Part shown: in pieces, positions 40,801 to 50,363 of the stretch | Numbering within the stretch: position 1 is the first letter of the stretch | Layout of the letters: each line of letters starts with the position of its first letter | From: Vicinamibacterales bacterium | GTDB lineage: Bacteria > Acidobacteriota > Vicinamibacteria > Vicinamibacterales > 2-12-FULL-66-21 | Direction: 5' to 3' | Assembly (NCBI GenBank): GCA_048594885.1 | Contig: JBMDXB010000013.1 | Span: 24,115 to 88,114 of the forward strand | DNA: 64,000 bases | Program-made: the position numbers and the translations under genes | The notes under the pieces: generated by a model | The model's database searches: none | What the model saw: only the letters and a program-made list of their open reading frames with translations | What the model was told of the DNA's origin: nothing

Positions 40801-41494
40801 GGACTCTCACTTCCTGGACCATGTCGTTGTTCAGCGTGACGATGACGCCGTTGTTGGAACCGATGTCGATCAGGCTCGAGCCGTCGAGCGACACGGTGTT
40901 GGCGGACGACCGGATGCCGTTGACGGTATAGCCCTGCGTGTTGTTCGCGCCGCCGCCGAAGCTGACGCTCTCCATCTGGGCCTGATCCGGAGCGACGACG
41001 CCCGGCAGGATGCGCAGGAGCTCGAGCGAGCTGCGGCCGATGATCGACAGATTGTCGATCTGCTGTGCGTTCAGCACGCCTTCGCGAGCGCCTGTCTCGG
41101 TCTGGATGATTTCCGTCTGACCGGTCACGGTCACGGTTTCCGTCTGCGCGCCGACGTCTAACCGGACGTCGAGGCCGCGCGCGTCGTTCGGGCCGAGCGT
41201 GATGCCCTTCTGATCGTAGGTCTTGAAGCCGGCGAGCTCGACCTTCAACTCGTAGGTGCCGGGGAACAATCCGGCGAAGAGATACCCGCCGCGATCGTCC
41301 GTCTGCGCCTCGCGCACGTTGCGAGTGCCGGTGTTGGTGAGGACCACCATCGCGCCGGGCAGCACTCCGCCGGATGCATCCGACACGGTGCCTCGGATTG
41401 TTGCGGTGGCGCTTCCTTGAGCGAACGCGGTGCTGGCGGCTGGCAATGCAGCAAGCCACGCAGCGAAGAACCATCGAACGAGCCGTCGGTGCAT
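37877..41494 (-). CDS. TonB-dependent receptor with CarboxypepD_reg-like domain
   Basis: 1205 aa. Signal peptide MHRRLVRWFFAAWLAALPAASTAFAQG. 'GTVSDASGGVLPGAMVVLTNTGT...DDRGGYLFAGLFPGTYELKVELAGF'. Ends ...FVLKYYF. Confidence 0.88.
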   Translation of the reverse strand: MHRRLVRWFFAAWLAALPAASTAFAQGSATATIRGTVSDASGGVLPGAMVVLTNTGTRNVREAQTDDRGGYLFAGLFPGTYELKVELAGFKTYDQKGITLGPNDARGLDVRLDVGAQTETVTVTGQTEIIQTETGAREGVLNAQQIDNLSIIGRSSLELLRILPGVVAPDQAQMESVSFGGGANNTQGYTVNGIRSSANTVSLDGSSLIDIGSNNGVIVTLNNDMVQEVRVQSSNFAAEYGSSGMNVSAVTKGGSSRFSGTIYDYWRDHRFGANDRSNSITGTPKPKSTFNYPGGNIGGPILIPGLEWNKNRDKAFFFLGLEIQRQKVDPGSFLSTTLTDKMRAGDLSELLPGNCVGQSLNMGCAQLVIPRGFPNAGQPAPNNNFAPYMHPLGRVLASMYPSPNLVTENNRYNYVFNQLQPTNRHDLKFRIDYNLTNNTRAYVRTAIEGENAESARGIWWASSDVALPTPTYGDNKGRSVSGNIVSVLSPTMTNEVLVSWSRLTLDNFWRDPSKVRIDSYPELGAYNQGFFPNQSPYLPLNIITSGWGQGGPGNLWAPAMDVYAYNDALQFSDKLTKLAGSHGLKFGFTAERGQKQQNFENDEMGYMEFDPWATGGTGNALSDLLTGRLSLYRQGTAIPRGEWRYWNFDAFAQDSWKLRPNFTLEYGVRAGYWTNNAELNKFGGYFDPTFYDPRQPTFLDPGTFEQLNGWRYATRGQAPLGGVDNRSPFAMPRVNVAWDITKNSNNVVRGGFGIFYNRNMGNLEYAYLRIPPTSYQVNINSSAGSNLGGGVGLTYDTIRELDWTTRVSTLGLNTLNPDSSKWPKTYSFSASYARRIFFNQVIEGAYVGTRGRDLVSRRQLNVVPLGALLSGTLNGIDLSVPINRVALDSSVLNQLRPFQAYPSVTDWSFEGESDYDSLQVTLSRQTGRRLQYFAAYTLGRNRGTNSGNGEYGNIDPFDPSRTYGVLPSDRTHILNVSWNAFLPDGAKGAMNNPFGRGLLNGWQLSGISTLASGVPIFLGFSGQAGGDGITQALFGTPDIIGNPGPGGGDRGGLVPIYSCDPRTGNTGIGEKVLDIGCIKIPAFGENGSLVPEYNLRMPTRINHDLTLFKNFQLPSEQKLQFRVGFFNLFNQAWATTQSAADVDLVLEATCNVTVSGLPNGAGGVADNVCDPAGGFQYTANTLANFGKINLKRGRRVIEFVLKYYF

Positions 41495-41676
41495 AGTTAC
41501 CTCAGTTGACGCCGCTACACGGCCTCCGAGGTGGAGCCGGTGCGGTGGACGAGCCTCGCCTGAGTGGTGCCGGAGGCGCCCCCAGAGGTTATGGATCTAT
41601 TCGCCGCGCGTCAATGCGCTGAAGTAAGGGCAGGGGATATATCGAAAGACATATCCCGGTTCCCAGGTGCGCGGAA

Positions 41677-42303
41677 TCAGGTCAGTTGCACGATGCCGCG
41701 CTGCAGCGCGACGGTCACGGCTTCGGTCCGGTCGGCGACGCCGAGCTTGCCCAGGATGCTACTGACGTGCAGCTTCACGGTGCCCTCCGTGACGTCGAGC
41801 TCGTCGGCGATCGTCCGGTTCCGCTTGCCGCTGACGAGCAGCCGCAGAACATCCAGCTCCCGCGCGGACAGCTGCGAACGCCCCATGCGATTGGCGAGCC
41901 GCTCGGCGACCTCCGGCGGGATGTGCCGCTGGCCGGCCGCCGCCTTGCGGATCGCCTGAACCAGCTCCTCGCGCTGCACCGATTTGGTCAGATAGGCCAT
42001 CGCGCCGGCCTGCAGCGCGTTGTAGATCTCCTCGTCGCCGACGTAGGTGGAAATCACGATGATTCGCGCGTCCGGAAACTCCCCATGGATCGCCTGCGTC
42101 GCTTCCGCGCCGTTGAGTCCGGACAGCCGCAGATCCATCAGCGTCACGTCGGGGCGGTGCGCGCGAAAGAGCTGAATGGCCTGCTCGCCCGTGGCCGCCT
42201 CGGCGCAGACGGTCATGTCCGGTTCGAGCGCGATGATGCTCGCCAGGCCGACGCGCACCAGGTAGTGGTCGTCCACGAGCATGATTCTCAGCTTCGCGGC
42301 CAT
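41677..42303 (-). CDS. NarL/LuxR-family response regulator
   Basis: 208 aa from the ATG at 42303. Receiver domain 'IMLVDDHYLVRVGL...DVTLMDLRLSGLNG'. LuxR HTH 'LSARELDVLRLLVSGKRNRTIADELDVTEGTVKLHVSSILGKLGV'. The longer ORF-track N-terminus overlaps the kinase gene and is rejected. Confidence 0.9.
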   Translation of the reverse strand: MAAKLRIMLVDDHYLVRVGLASIIALEPDMTVCAEAATGEQAIQLFRAHRPDVTLMDLRLSGLNGAEATQAIHGEFPDARIIVISTYVGDEEIYNALQAGAMAYLTKSVQREELVQAIRKAAAGQRHIPPEVAERLANRMGRSQLSARELDVLRLLVSGKRNRTIADELDVTEGTVKLHVSSILGKLGVADRTEAVTVALQRGIVQLT

Positions 42304-44432
42304 ACGCCTCCGAGGATCGGACGCAGCGCCGCGGCCGCCGGCCGCCGCACGGGGACGATCACTGTGATGCTGGTGCCTTCGCCGGGACGGCTGTCGATCT
42401 GGACAATCCCTCCGAGCTTGTCGACGCGTTCCTGAATCCCCTGCAGCCCGAAGTGCGCCCCCGGCAGATCCATGCGTCCCTGTCCGATGCCGCAGCCGTC
42501 GTCGTGCACGGCGAGCCGCACGTCGTCGGAGCCGAAGCAAAGCAGGATGTCGATGCGCGTCGCGTCGGCATGCCTGAGCGCATTGGTGAGCGCCTCCATG
42601 CCGATGCGCAGCAGGTGGTGCTCCTGCGCGGCATCGAGCCGCTGCAACGTGCCTTCGACGCGCACGTCCACACGCGCGGACGTGCCGAGGGTCATCTGCC
42701 GCGCGAGGCTGGTGAGCGCGCCGGCGAGATCCCGGCTTTCGAGCGCCTCGGAGCGCAGGTCCATGACCGACCGCCGCGCCTCTTCGAGGCTGTAGCGCAG
42801 CATCTGGCGCGCGACGTCGAGGGAACGGCGCGCGGCTGCCGGCGACGAATCGAGGCTGCCGGTGACGGCTTCGAGCTGCAGCGTGATGCCGGCGAGCCCC
42901 TGCTCGAGCGTGTCGTGCAGCTCGCGCGCCACGCGGTTGCGCTCGCTGAGAATCGCCTGGAACTGCTGCCGCTTCTGTCGCGCCGTCGTCCGCGCCCAGA
43001 ACGCCGCGATCAGTCCCACGAGCGCGACGATGGCCACGAGCACGACCGTGTGCCGCATCGTCCACCACGATGCCGACGCGATCACGGTGACGTCCTCGGG
43101 CGAGCGCAGGAACAGGCGGAACGACGGCGGCGGTCCCCACTGGTAGGCGTAGACGCCGGTGACCGAGACCGAGCTGCCGGGCGGGATGTCGGCGACGGCG
43201 TGCTGATACGACGGATCGAGTCCGGCGTCGAACACCGTCTCGCCCATCTTGACCACGAGCACGAGCGCGGTGGGACTCCTGAGCACCCCGAGCAGCTCTC
43301 CCTGCATGCGAACGAGCTCCGCGTCATGCTCGGCGTTCAGCGCGTTGGTCGCGTGCACGACGACGGCGTCCGCAGGCAGCTCGGTGCCGACGATGCGGAA
43401 GACGGCGTTCCTCAGAATGGGCCTGCCCGGCGTGACGGCGGGGAAGCCGACCGCCTCGACGACCACGCCTGGCTGGACGCGCGTGTCCTGCTCGGTTTCG
43501 ATGCGCGCGCCGCTCTCCGCGTCGCGCAGGTACAGGACGTGGCGCACGTCGCGGAACGTCGTCGAGGTCGGAAAATCGCTGACCTGCACCGGACTGCCGA
43601 GCACCTGGCTGGTGACGACGCCTCGCACCCGGATGCGGCGATTCACCTCGCCAGCCGACGAGTAGTTGTAGATGCTGCCGATCGATCGCACCGGCAGCGA
43701 GAACGGCTCCGGCGGCGCCGATTCGACGACGATGTCGGTGGTGTGCCCGCCGAAGATGGAAACGCCGCGCAGCTGGCCCGTCCGGCCGAACAGCGTGCCC
43801 GCGTTCCCGCGCAGCCGTACGCGCGCGTCGACGAACCGATGGAGGTCCTCCATCGTGTAGCTCCAGAACGACGCCCGCACGAAGCCGTCGTCGGTGGCCA
43901 CCTCCGCGAACAGCGTGTGCTGGCGCGGATCGGACGCCAGCCACGCGCGCTGGACGACGCCTTCGATCTCGACGTAGTCGCAGTCATGACGGCCGGTGAG
44001 GAGTTGCCCGAGCGGCAGGCGCTTTGGTACCGGCAGCGACGCGCGGCCGGTGCGGCGGATCCGCTCCGGCACCACGTTGGGCGCGAAGCCGCCGCGGATC
44101 GTGCGGCCGTCGATCTCGATGACGTCGCCACGCCGCACGGCCTGGAACGCCTTCAGCACGTCTCCACGCTCAGGAGGCTCGACGAACTGGCCGGACTCGC
44201 CGTCGTGCAGGAACAGCAGGCCGCGGCCGATTTCGTCGAAGTGCGTGACCGTGCCGCGAATGCGAACCGGGTAGCGCCGGGCGCCCTCGTCAGGTGTGAG
44301 CGCGCGGATCGCCTTGATGCGCGTGAGCGGAACCGCTGGAGCTGTCCGCACAGCCTGCGCGTCCGCAGTGGTCGCCAATGCGGTGGCGAGCAGTAACGCG
44401 GTTGCAGAGATGAGGGGAACGCTGCGGCGCAT
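42288..44432 (-). CDS. Sensor histidine kinase (HisKA_3/HATPase_c) with large periplasmic sensor domain
   Basis: Start at the ATG at 44432 ('MRRSVPLISATALLLATALATTADA'). About 470-aa extracytoplasmic region with three similar 'V/IR[IV]RGxVT'-initiated modules. TM helix 'HTVVLVAIVALVGLIAAFWA'. 'RVARELHDTLEQGLAGI' H-box. C-terminal ATPase 'HDDGCGI...GLQGIQERV'. 16-nt overlap with the regulator gene. Confidence 0.88.
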   Translation of the reverse strand: MRRSVPLISATALLLATALATTADAQAVRTAPAVPLTRIKAIRALTPDEGARRYPVRIRGTVTHFDEIGRGLLFLHDGESGQFVEPPERGDVLKAFQAVRRGDVIEIDGRTIRGGFAPNVVPERIRRTGRASLPVPKRLPLGQLLTGRHDCDYVEIEGVVQRAWLASDPRQHTLFAEVATDDGFVRASFWSYTMEDLHRFVDARVRLRGNAGTLFGRTGQLRGVSIFGGHTTDIVVESAPPEPFSLPVRSIGSIYNYSSAGEVNRRIRVRGVVTSQVLGSPVQVSDFPTSTTFRDVRHVLYLRDAESGARIETEQDTRVQPGVVVEAVGFPAVTPGRPILRNAVFRIVGTELPADAVVVHATNALNAEHDAELVRMQGELLGVLRSPTALVLVVKMGETVFDAGLDPSYQHAVADIPPGSSVSVTGVYAYQWGPPPSFRLFLRSPEDVTVIASASWWTMRHTVVLVAIVALVGLIAAFWARTTARQKRQQFQAILSERNRVARELHDTLEQGLAGITLQLEAVTGSLDSSPAAARRSLDVARQMLRYSLEEARRSVMDLRSEALESRDLAGALTSLARQMTLGTSARVDVRVEGTLQRLDAAQEHHLLRIGMEALTNALRHADATRIDILLCFGSDDVRLAVHDDGCGIGQGRMDLPGAHFGLQGIQERVDKLGGIVQIDSRPGEGTSITVIVPVRRPAAAALRPILGGVWPRS

Positions 44433-44638
44433 GGCGTTTCGGCCCGTAGGAGCGGCGAGTATAGCACCGCGCTCCAGAGCCGCCGAAGGGGCGACGGCCT
44501 GCCGCGTCCCCGTGATGCCGCCGGATTTCCGGCAGCCATGGGTCTCCGTGGCGGCAATCCGTCGGACCATCCACCACCCCTGAAGAATGGTGTCGGCGGA
44601 ACGCGGCACGGCGCCGGCCGCGGAATGCGTTTTGCTCG

Positions 44639-47600
44639 GTGCGGCGCACGACCGTACCGGTCTGTCTGTTCCAACGCCGACGGGATTCCATCTCTACAAG
44701 GGTTCTGAATTTGACACGCCTCGTCCTGACGAGTGCCGCCGCCATCCTTGCCGCGGCCAGCGTACCGCTGCAGCCGCAGCCGCGCATCGTGCCAGGCGGG
44801 GCGCTCGAGCTGGCGTACCAGTCGAACAACAAGGGCGCGGCGTGGCTCGAGCGGTTCGAGTACGCGAAGGCGGCCGGGGCGTTTCGCGAAACCTTGCGCC
44901 TGGCGCCGGCGCTCGCCATCGCACGGTTCAATCTCGCGCTGGCGCTGCATTACGACGGGCAGCCGGAAGCGGCCGAGCGCGAGGCGCGAACGGCCGCGGC
45001 GGCCATGGACACGCCGCACGCGGATTACCTGCTCGGGCTGCTCGCGAAGGCGCAGGGACAGGCCGGTCCGGCTGCGGCGGCGTTCGCGCGCGTGCTGCAG
45101 CGCGATCCGCAGGATGCGGGCGCCGGAATCATGCTCGGCCAGATCAAACTGCAGCAGGGCGACGCGCCGGCGGCTGCGGCGCTGCTGCAAGCCGCGCTGG
45201 ACGCCGAGCCGTACAACGCAACCGCCGCCTACAACCTCTCGATCGCGCTGTCGCGCGCGGGCCGCGCGGACGACAGCCGGCGGATGCTGGCGCGCTTCGA
45301 ATCGCTGCGAGAGAGCGGCACGGCCACCACGCTTGGCAACGGCTACCTCGAACAGGGCAGGTACGCGGAGGCCATCGTGTCCACCGGCGCCGAGCGTGAT
45401 CTCGTCGATCGTCAGATGCCGCGCGTGCGGTTCGCGGCGGAAGATCTCCCGCGCCCGGCACGCCGTTCCGCGGCCGGCGATCCCATCGGCCAGCGGTTCG
45501 AACCGGCAACGCTCGACGCGGCGGGCCGCGGGCGGATTGCGTCGGCGCTCAGCGGCGCGGTGACGCTCCTCGACTACGACAACGACGGCCATCTGGATCT
45601 GATGGAGGCTGCGCCCGACGGCGACCGTCTGTGGCGCAATGCGAGCGGACGCTTCACGCCGGTGGCCGCCGCACGGTTCCCGCGGCGCTTTCCGGCGGGC
45701 GTCACGACCGGCGTCGTCGCCGCCGACTACAACAACGACGGCAGGGCGGACCTGCTCCTCCTGCGGTATGGCGGTGCCGCGCTCTACCGCAACGACGGCG
45801 GCGGCCGCTTCACCGACGTCACGGCAGCCGCCGGACTCACATTCACGGCAACCGAGCTGCCGCTGGCGGGCGCCGCCGTCGATCTCGATCACGACGGCGA
45901 CCTCGACATCGTGCTGCCGGGGTTCGTCAATCTCGATGGCAGCCGCTCGTCGAAGCCGCTCGTGTTTCCCGATGATTTTCCCGCGGCTCCCACACGCGTG
46001 TGGCGGAACAACGGCAACGGGACGTTCACCGATGCGACGGCGCCTTCGAAGGTGGCCGCGTGGCGCGGGGTCGCGATCGTCCCGACCGATTTCGATCTGC
46101 AGCGCGACGTCGACCTGCTGATCGCGGGCGGCGACGGCCGGCTGGCGCTCTTCCAGAACCAGCGCGACGGCTCTTTTCGGGATGCAGCCGCTGAGGCGGG
46201 CCTTCCGTCGGGAGCGCCCGTCTCCGCGGTGGCTGCGGCAGACGTGAACCGCGACGGCCGCACGGATTTCCTCGTCGGCCGCGCCGGCGGTCCCGCCGCT
46301 CTGGCACTGAGCACCGGCCGTCATCGCTTCCGCATCGACCCGCTCGCCGGTATGACGGCCGTCATGGCGGCGCAGCTCCTCGACTACGACAATGACGGCC
46401 TCGTGGACGTGATGGCGTGGACGCGCGATGGGGCACGGCTCCTGAGGTCTCTGGGCGACGCATGGCAGGAGATGCCGGGCGAGACGCTCGCGGCCGCGAC
46501 CCGCGGGGTGGAGCTGCCGGCGCCGGCGTCGGGCCGCGCCGTTGCCGTGGGCGATCTCGACGGCGACGGCGATCACGACCTCGTGGTGCAGACGCGTGAC
46601 GGCACACGGATTCTGCGGAACGAGGGCGGCCACGGCCGCGGCGCGCTCGCCGTGCGGCTTGCGGCACGCGTCAGCAACCGCAGCGCCGCCGGCAGCAAGG
46701 TCGAGATGCGCGCCGGCAGCCTGCTGCAGCGGCGCGAAACCTCGCTGGCCACGCCGCCCGCCGCGCCGCTCGACGTCCTGTTCGGTCTCGGTGGCCGGCG
46801 CACGGCCGATGCCGTGCGCGTGTTGTGGCCCGCCGGCATAGTGCAGGCGGAGCTCGATCCGGCGGCCGGCCGGCCTCTGGTCGTCACCGAGTTGAATCGG
46901 AAGCCGTCGTCGTGTCCGTACCTGTTCACCTGGAACGGCAGCCGATTCGAGTTCGTGACGGATTTTCTCGGCGGCGGGGAGTTCGGCTACTGGGCCGCGC
47001 CCGGCGCACGCAACCAGCCCGATCCGGACGAGTACGTCCGCATTCCCCCGGGCGCGCTGCAGGCGCGGAATGGCCGATACGAGCTTCGCGTCACCAACGA
47101 ACTGGAAGAGGTCGTGTACCTGGATCACCTCCATCTCGTGGCCGTCGCGCATCCTAACGGAACCGAGGTCTACCCGAACGAAGGTCTCGTCTCGCCGCCG
47201 TTCCCCCGGGCGACACTGCACGTGGTCACGAACCGCAGATCGCCGGCCGCCGTGGTGGACGATCACGGGCACGATCTGCGCGAGCGAACGCTCGCGATCG
47301 ATCGCCGGTATGCGGACGACTTCGCGGTGACGACGATTCGCGGCTACGCCGAGCCGCACGGCGTGACGATCCGGGTAGACGAGGCGGCGGACGTGCTGCT
47401 GCTGACTGGCTGGACCGACTACGCGTTTTCGAGCGACAACGTCGCCGCGTCGCAGCGCGGGCTGCAGCTCTCGCCGCCGGCGCTGCACGTACGCGACGCG
47501 CGGCATGGGTGGCGGACGGTCGTCCCGGAGATCGGCATCCCGGCCGGCCGTCCGCAGACCGTCGTCGTGGATCTCCGCCGGCCCGAGTTGCGTGGGCATC

Positions 47601-48196
47601 GCGAGTTCCGCATCGCCACCAACATGCGCGTGTATTGGGATCGCATCGCGATGGCCGACGTGGCCGGCGCGAGTGCGCCGCAGACCGTGCGGCTGGATCC
47701 TGCCGCGGCGAACCTGACCTGGCGAGGGTTCTCGGGCGAGGCGAGCACCGACGGACGCGAGCCGTTCGCCTATGACTACACGCGCGTCTCGCTGGTCTCG
47801 CCGTGGAAGACCATGGTGGGCCGATACACGCCGGAAGGCGACGTGCGGCCGCTCGTCGCATCAGTCGACGATCGTTTCGTCGTCGCACGCCCGGGCGATG
47901 AGATCGCGATCGATTTCGACGCCGCGACGCTGCCGGCGCTGTCCGCCGGCTCGACCCGCACGTTTCTGTTGTACGCGGACGGCTTCAGCAAGGAGATGGA
48001 TCTGAACTCGGCCAGCCCGGATCGCGTCGAGCCGCTGCCGTTCCATGGCATGCAGGCGTATCCGCCCGCCGGAGGCATCAACCTGGCCACGCGCATGTCG
48101 AGCGCCGCCGGCCGCGGGCGGGTCGTGGCGGCTCCCGTGCCGTCACTCGATGTTCTTCTGCTGCTGTCGCGTCAACGGCCGCGCCTGCCCATGTGA
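44639..48196 (+). CDS. TPR + FG-GAP/VCBS + ASPIC/UnbV (CRTAC1-like) + about 420-aa C-terminal domain of unknown function
   Basis: 1185-aa ORF. Start uncertain (ATG 44639 or TTG about 44711 giving 'TRLVLTSAAAILAAASV'). N-terminal TPR ('FARVLQRDPQDAGAGIMLGQIKLQQGD...'). 'LLDYDNDGHLDLM', 'AADYNNDGRADLLL', 'VDLDHDGDLDIVL'. UnbV-like 'RVSNRSAAGSKVEMR...VLFGLG...VLWPAG'. Tail begins 'SCPYLFTWNGSRFEFVTDFLGGGEFGYW'. Confidence 0.8.
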   Translation: MRRTTVPVCLFQRRRDSISTRVLNLTRLVLTSAAAILAAASVPLQPQPRIVPGGALELAYQSNNKGAAWLERFEYAKAAGAFRETLRLAPALAIARFNLALALHYDGQPEAAEREARTAAAAMDTPHADYLLGLLAKAQGQAGPAAAAFARVLQRDPQDAGAGIMLGQIKLQQGDAPAAAALLQAALDAEPYNATAAYNLSIALSRAGRADDSRRMLARFESLRESGTATTLGNGYLEQGRYAEAIVSTGAERDLVDRQMPRVRFAAEDLPRPARRSAAGDPIGQRFEPATLDAAGRGRIASALSGAVTLLDYDNDGHLDLMEAAPDGDRLWRNASGRFTPVAAARFPRRFPAGVTTGVVAADYNNDGRADLLLLRYGGAALYRNDGGGRFTDVTAAAGLTFTATELPLAGAAVDLDHDGDLDIVLPGFVNLDGSRSSKPLVFPDDFPAAPTRVWRNNGNGTFTDATAPSKVAAWRGVAIVPTDFDLQRDVDLLIAGGDGRLALFQNQRDGSFRDAAAEAGLPSGAPVSAVAAADVNRDGRTDFLVGRAGGPAALALSTGRHRFRIDPLAGMTAVMAAQLLDYDNDGLVDVMAWTRDGARLLRSLGDAWQEMPGETLAAATRGVELPAPASGRAVAVGDLDGDGDHDLVVQTRDGTRILRNEGGHGRGALAVRLAARVSNRSAAGSKVEMRAGSLLQRRETSLATPPAAPLDVLFGLGGRRTADAVRVLWPAGIVQAELDPAAGRPLVVTELNRKPSSCPYLFTWNGSRFEFVTDFLGGGEFGYWAAPGARNQPDPDEYVRIPPGALQARNGRYELRVTNELEEVVYLDHLHLVAVAHPNGTEVYPNEGLVSPPFPRATLHVVTNRRSPAAVVDDHGHDLRERTLAIDRRYADDFAVTTIRGYAEPHGVTIRVDEAADVLLLTGWTDYAFSSDNVAASQRGLQLSPPALHVRDARHGWRTVVPEIGIPAGRPQTVVVDLRRPELRGHREFRIATNMRVYWDRIAMADVAGASAPQTVRLDPAAANLTWRGFSGEASTDGREPFAYDYTRVSLVSPWKTMVGRYTPEGDVRPLVASVDDRFVVARPGDEIAIDFDAATLPALSAGSTRTFLLYADGFSKEMDLNSASPDRVEPLPFHGMQAYPPAGGINLATRMSSAAGRGRVVAAPVPSLDVLLLLSRQRPRLPM

Positions 48197-48237
48197 GTCC
48201 TGTGCGGACTATCGGTCCGAAGTAAAGGAGTTGGTTG

Positions 48238-50363
48238 TGCGCAGTAACAACAACGGCGTCCGCGTTCGCACCGGGTGGACGACCTGGATTTCAAGGCTCT
48301 CCGGCGCGGCGCTGCTCTTCCTCACCGTCACCGGGCTCGCCGTGACGTTCGGTCCCTTCCACACGCTCGTGCAGTGGGGGCTGTTGACGCACACCGTGGC
48401 CGGCGTGCTGCTCCTCGTGCCGCTCGCTTGGTACGTCGCGCGGCACTGGCTCGATTACCGCGCGTACCAGATGTCGTCGGTCGTGCTGCTCGGGTACGTC
48501 TCAGCCGCCGGCCTGATCGTGTGCCTCGTCTCTGGAATCGTCGTCACGTGGCAGGGGCTGCTCGGCCTCCGCATGTCGTGGGCGTGGCGCCAGGTGCACC
48601 TGATCTCGACGTTCGTGGCGGTCGGCGCGGCCGCCCCGCACATCATCCAGCTCCTGCTGCGCGTATTCCGCGTCATGCCCGCCGCCTCGCGCTACGTGAT
48701 CGCGTCGTCGGCGCTCGGCGCCGCCGGGTTGGTGGTCGTCGCGCTCCTCCCGCTCGCCTACCCGGATCCGCAGTATGTCAACGAGTTCCCGGCGGACTAC
48801 AGCTATGCGTTCGGCAAGGATCGACCGTTCGCGCCGAGCCTCGCGCGGACGACCACCAACGGCGCGTTCGACGCGCGCACACTCGCGGGCTCGCGGACCT
48901 GCGGAACCAGCAACTGCCACAGCGAAATCGTCAACGAGTGGCTGCCGAGCGCGCACCGCTACGCCGCGATGGATCCGCTGTTCCAGTTCATCCAGACGAC
49001 GATGGCCAAGCAGAACGGGCCGGAGTCGACGCGGTACTGCGGCGGCTGCCACGATCCGATTTCGCTCTTCTCCGGGACGAAGAACATCTTCGCGAAGGAC
49101 CTCACCGGTCTCCACGGCTACCAGGAAGGCGTGTCGTGTCTCGCGTGCCACTCGATCAAGGAAACGGACATCAAAGGGAACGCAGCGTACACGATCGGGC
49201 AGCCGTCCGAGTACCTGTGGCAATGGGAATCGCAGGGCGCCGGGCGGCTCGCGCGCGACTTCCTGATTCGGACCTATCCCGACGAGCACAACAAACTGAG
49301 CAAGCGCGCGTTCAAAGCGCCAGAGTACTGCGCCGCGTGCCACAAGCAGTTCATCGACTCCGAGGTCAACAAGGTTGGCTGGGTGCAGCTGCAGAACCAG
49401 TACGACAACTGGGCGAACAGCCACTGGAACTCCAAGGGTGATCCGAAGAAGACCGTGGAGTGCCGCGAGTGTCACATGCCGCTGGTGGACTCGAGAGACC
49501 CAGCCGCGGGCGACATCGCGGACTACAACCGCAGGGCGACCGATCGCAAGCATCGCAGCCATAGGTTCCTGGCGGCGAATCAGCTCATCCCGGCGCTCCT
49601 CAAGCTGGAGGGATGGGAACAACACACGCGCCTGACCGAACAGTGGCTCCAGGGGAAAGTGCGAATTCCGGAGATCGAGGAGAAGTGGGCGCAGGGCGCC
49701 GTCGTCAAGGTCGCGCTCGACGTCGGCGTGACGAAGCGGGCCGGAGTGCTGCCGATCCGCGTCGTGCTGACCTCGAACAAGGTCGGACACGACTACCCGA
49801 CGGGTCCGCTCGACATGATCCAGAGCTGGGTCGAGCTGCACGTCGTCGACGAAGAGGGGCGCAAGGTGTTTTCCTCGGGCACGCGCGACGAACGCAATTT
49901 CATCGCGCCGGGGTCGTTTCTCTTCAAGGCGGAGCCGGTCGATCAGCACGGTAATCTGATCGATCGTCACAATCTGTGGGAGATGGTCGGCGTCCGCTTC
50001 CGCCGGTCGTTGTTCCCCGGCTACTCCGACACCGTCGAGTACAACGTCGACTGCGGCAGCGTGTTCTCGCCGATGCCGGCTCACGGCGACGGGACGCGCG
50101 CACCAGCCGCGCCGGCCAGAGGCGACGGCAGCCAGCAGTTCGACGTGCCGCGCCCCGCGCGCGCGGGCCGGTACATGGTGACGGCGATCCTGCAGTATCG
50201 GAAAGTGGATCAGTTCCTGACCAATTACCTGCTCGGCGAGAACTCCGGCATCACCGCGCCGGTCATCGAGATCAGCCGGGCGACGGCGGTCTTCGAAGTG
50301 CCTCCGGCGCCCGCCGGAAAGCCCGGCGCGGCGGCGCCGATCCGGATCGTGGCCGCAGAATGA
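48238..50363 (+). CDS. Membrane-anchored multiheme c-type cytochrome (4 CXXCH + 1 CX4CH), paralog of 10490-13360 without the TPR tail
   Basis: GTG at 48238 preceded by AAGGAG. About 5 TM helices. Motifs CGTSNCH (48900-48920), CGGCH, CLACH, CAACH, CRECH. Motif order and spacing are collinear with the 10490 product ('...W..SAH...', 'KHRSHRF' vs 'KVKSHRF'). Confidence 0.8.

Noticed and set aside
41677-43140. 487-aa ORF-track version of the response regulator
   Set aside because: Only the last 208 codons form a receiver + LuxR HTH protein. The upstream 279 codons are an alternative frame of the histidine-kinase gene with Arg/Ala-rich content.
44153-47599. 1148-aa antisense ORF spanning the kinase 5' end, the divergent promoter region and most of the 44639-48196 gene
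   Set aside because: It crosses an intergenic region and two genes on opposite strands. Its composition is Arg/Gly/Ala-dominated. No domain is recognisable. The sense strands carry clear TPR/FG-GAP and kinase signatures.
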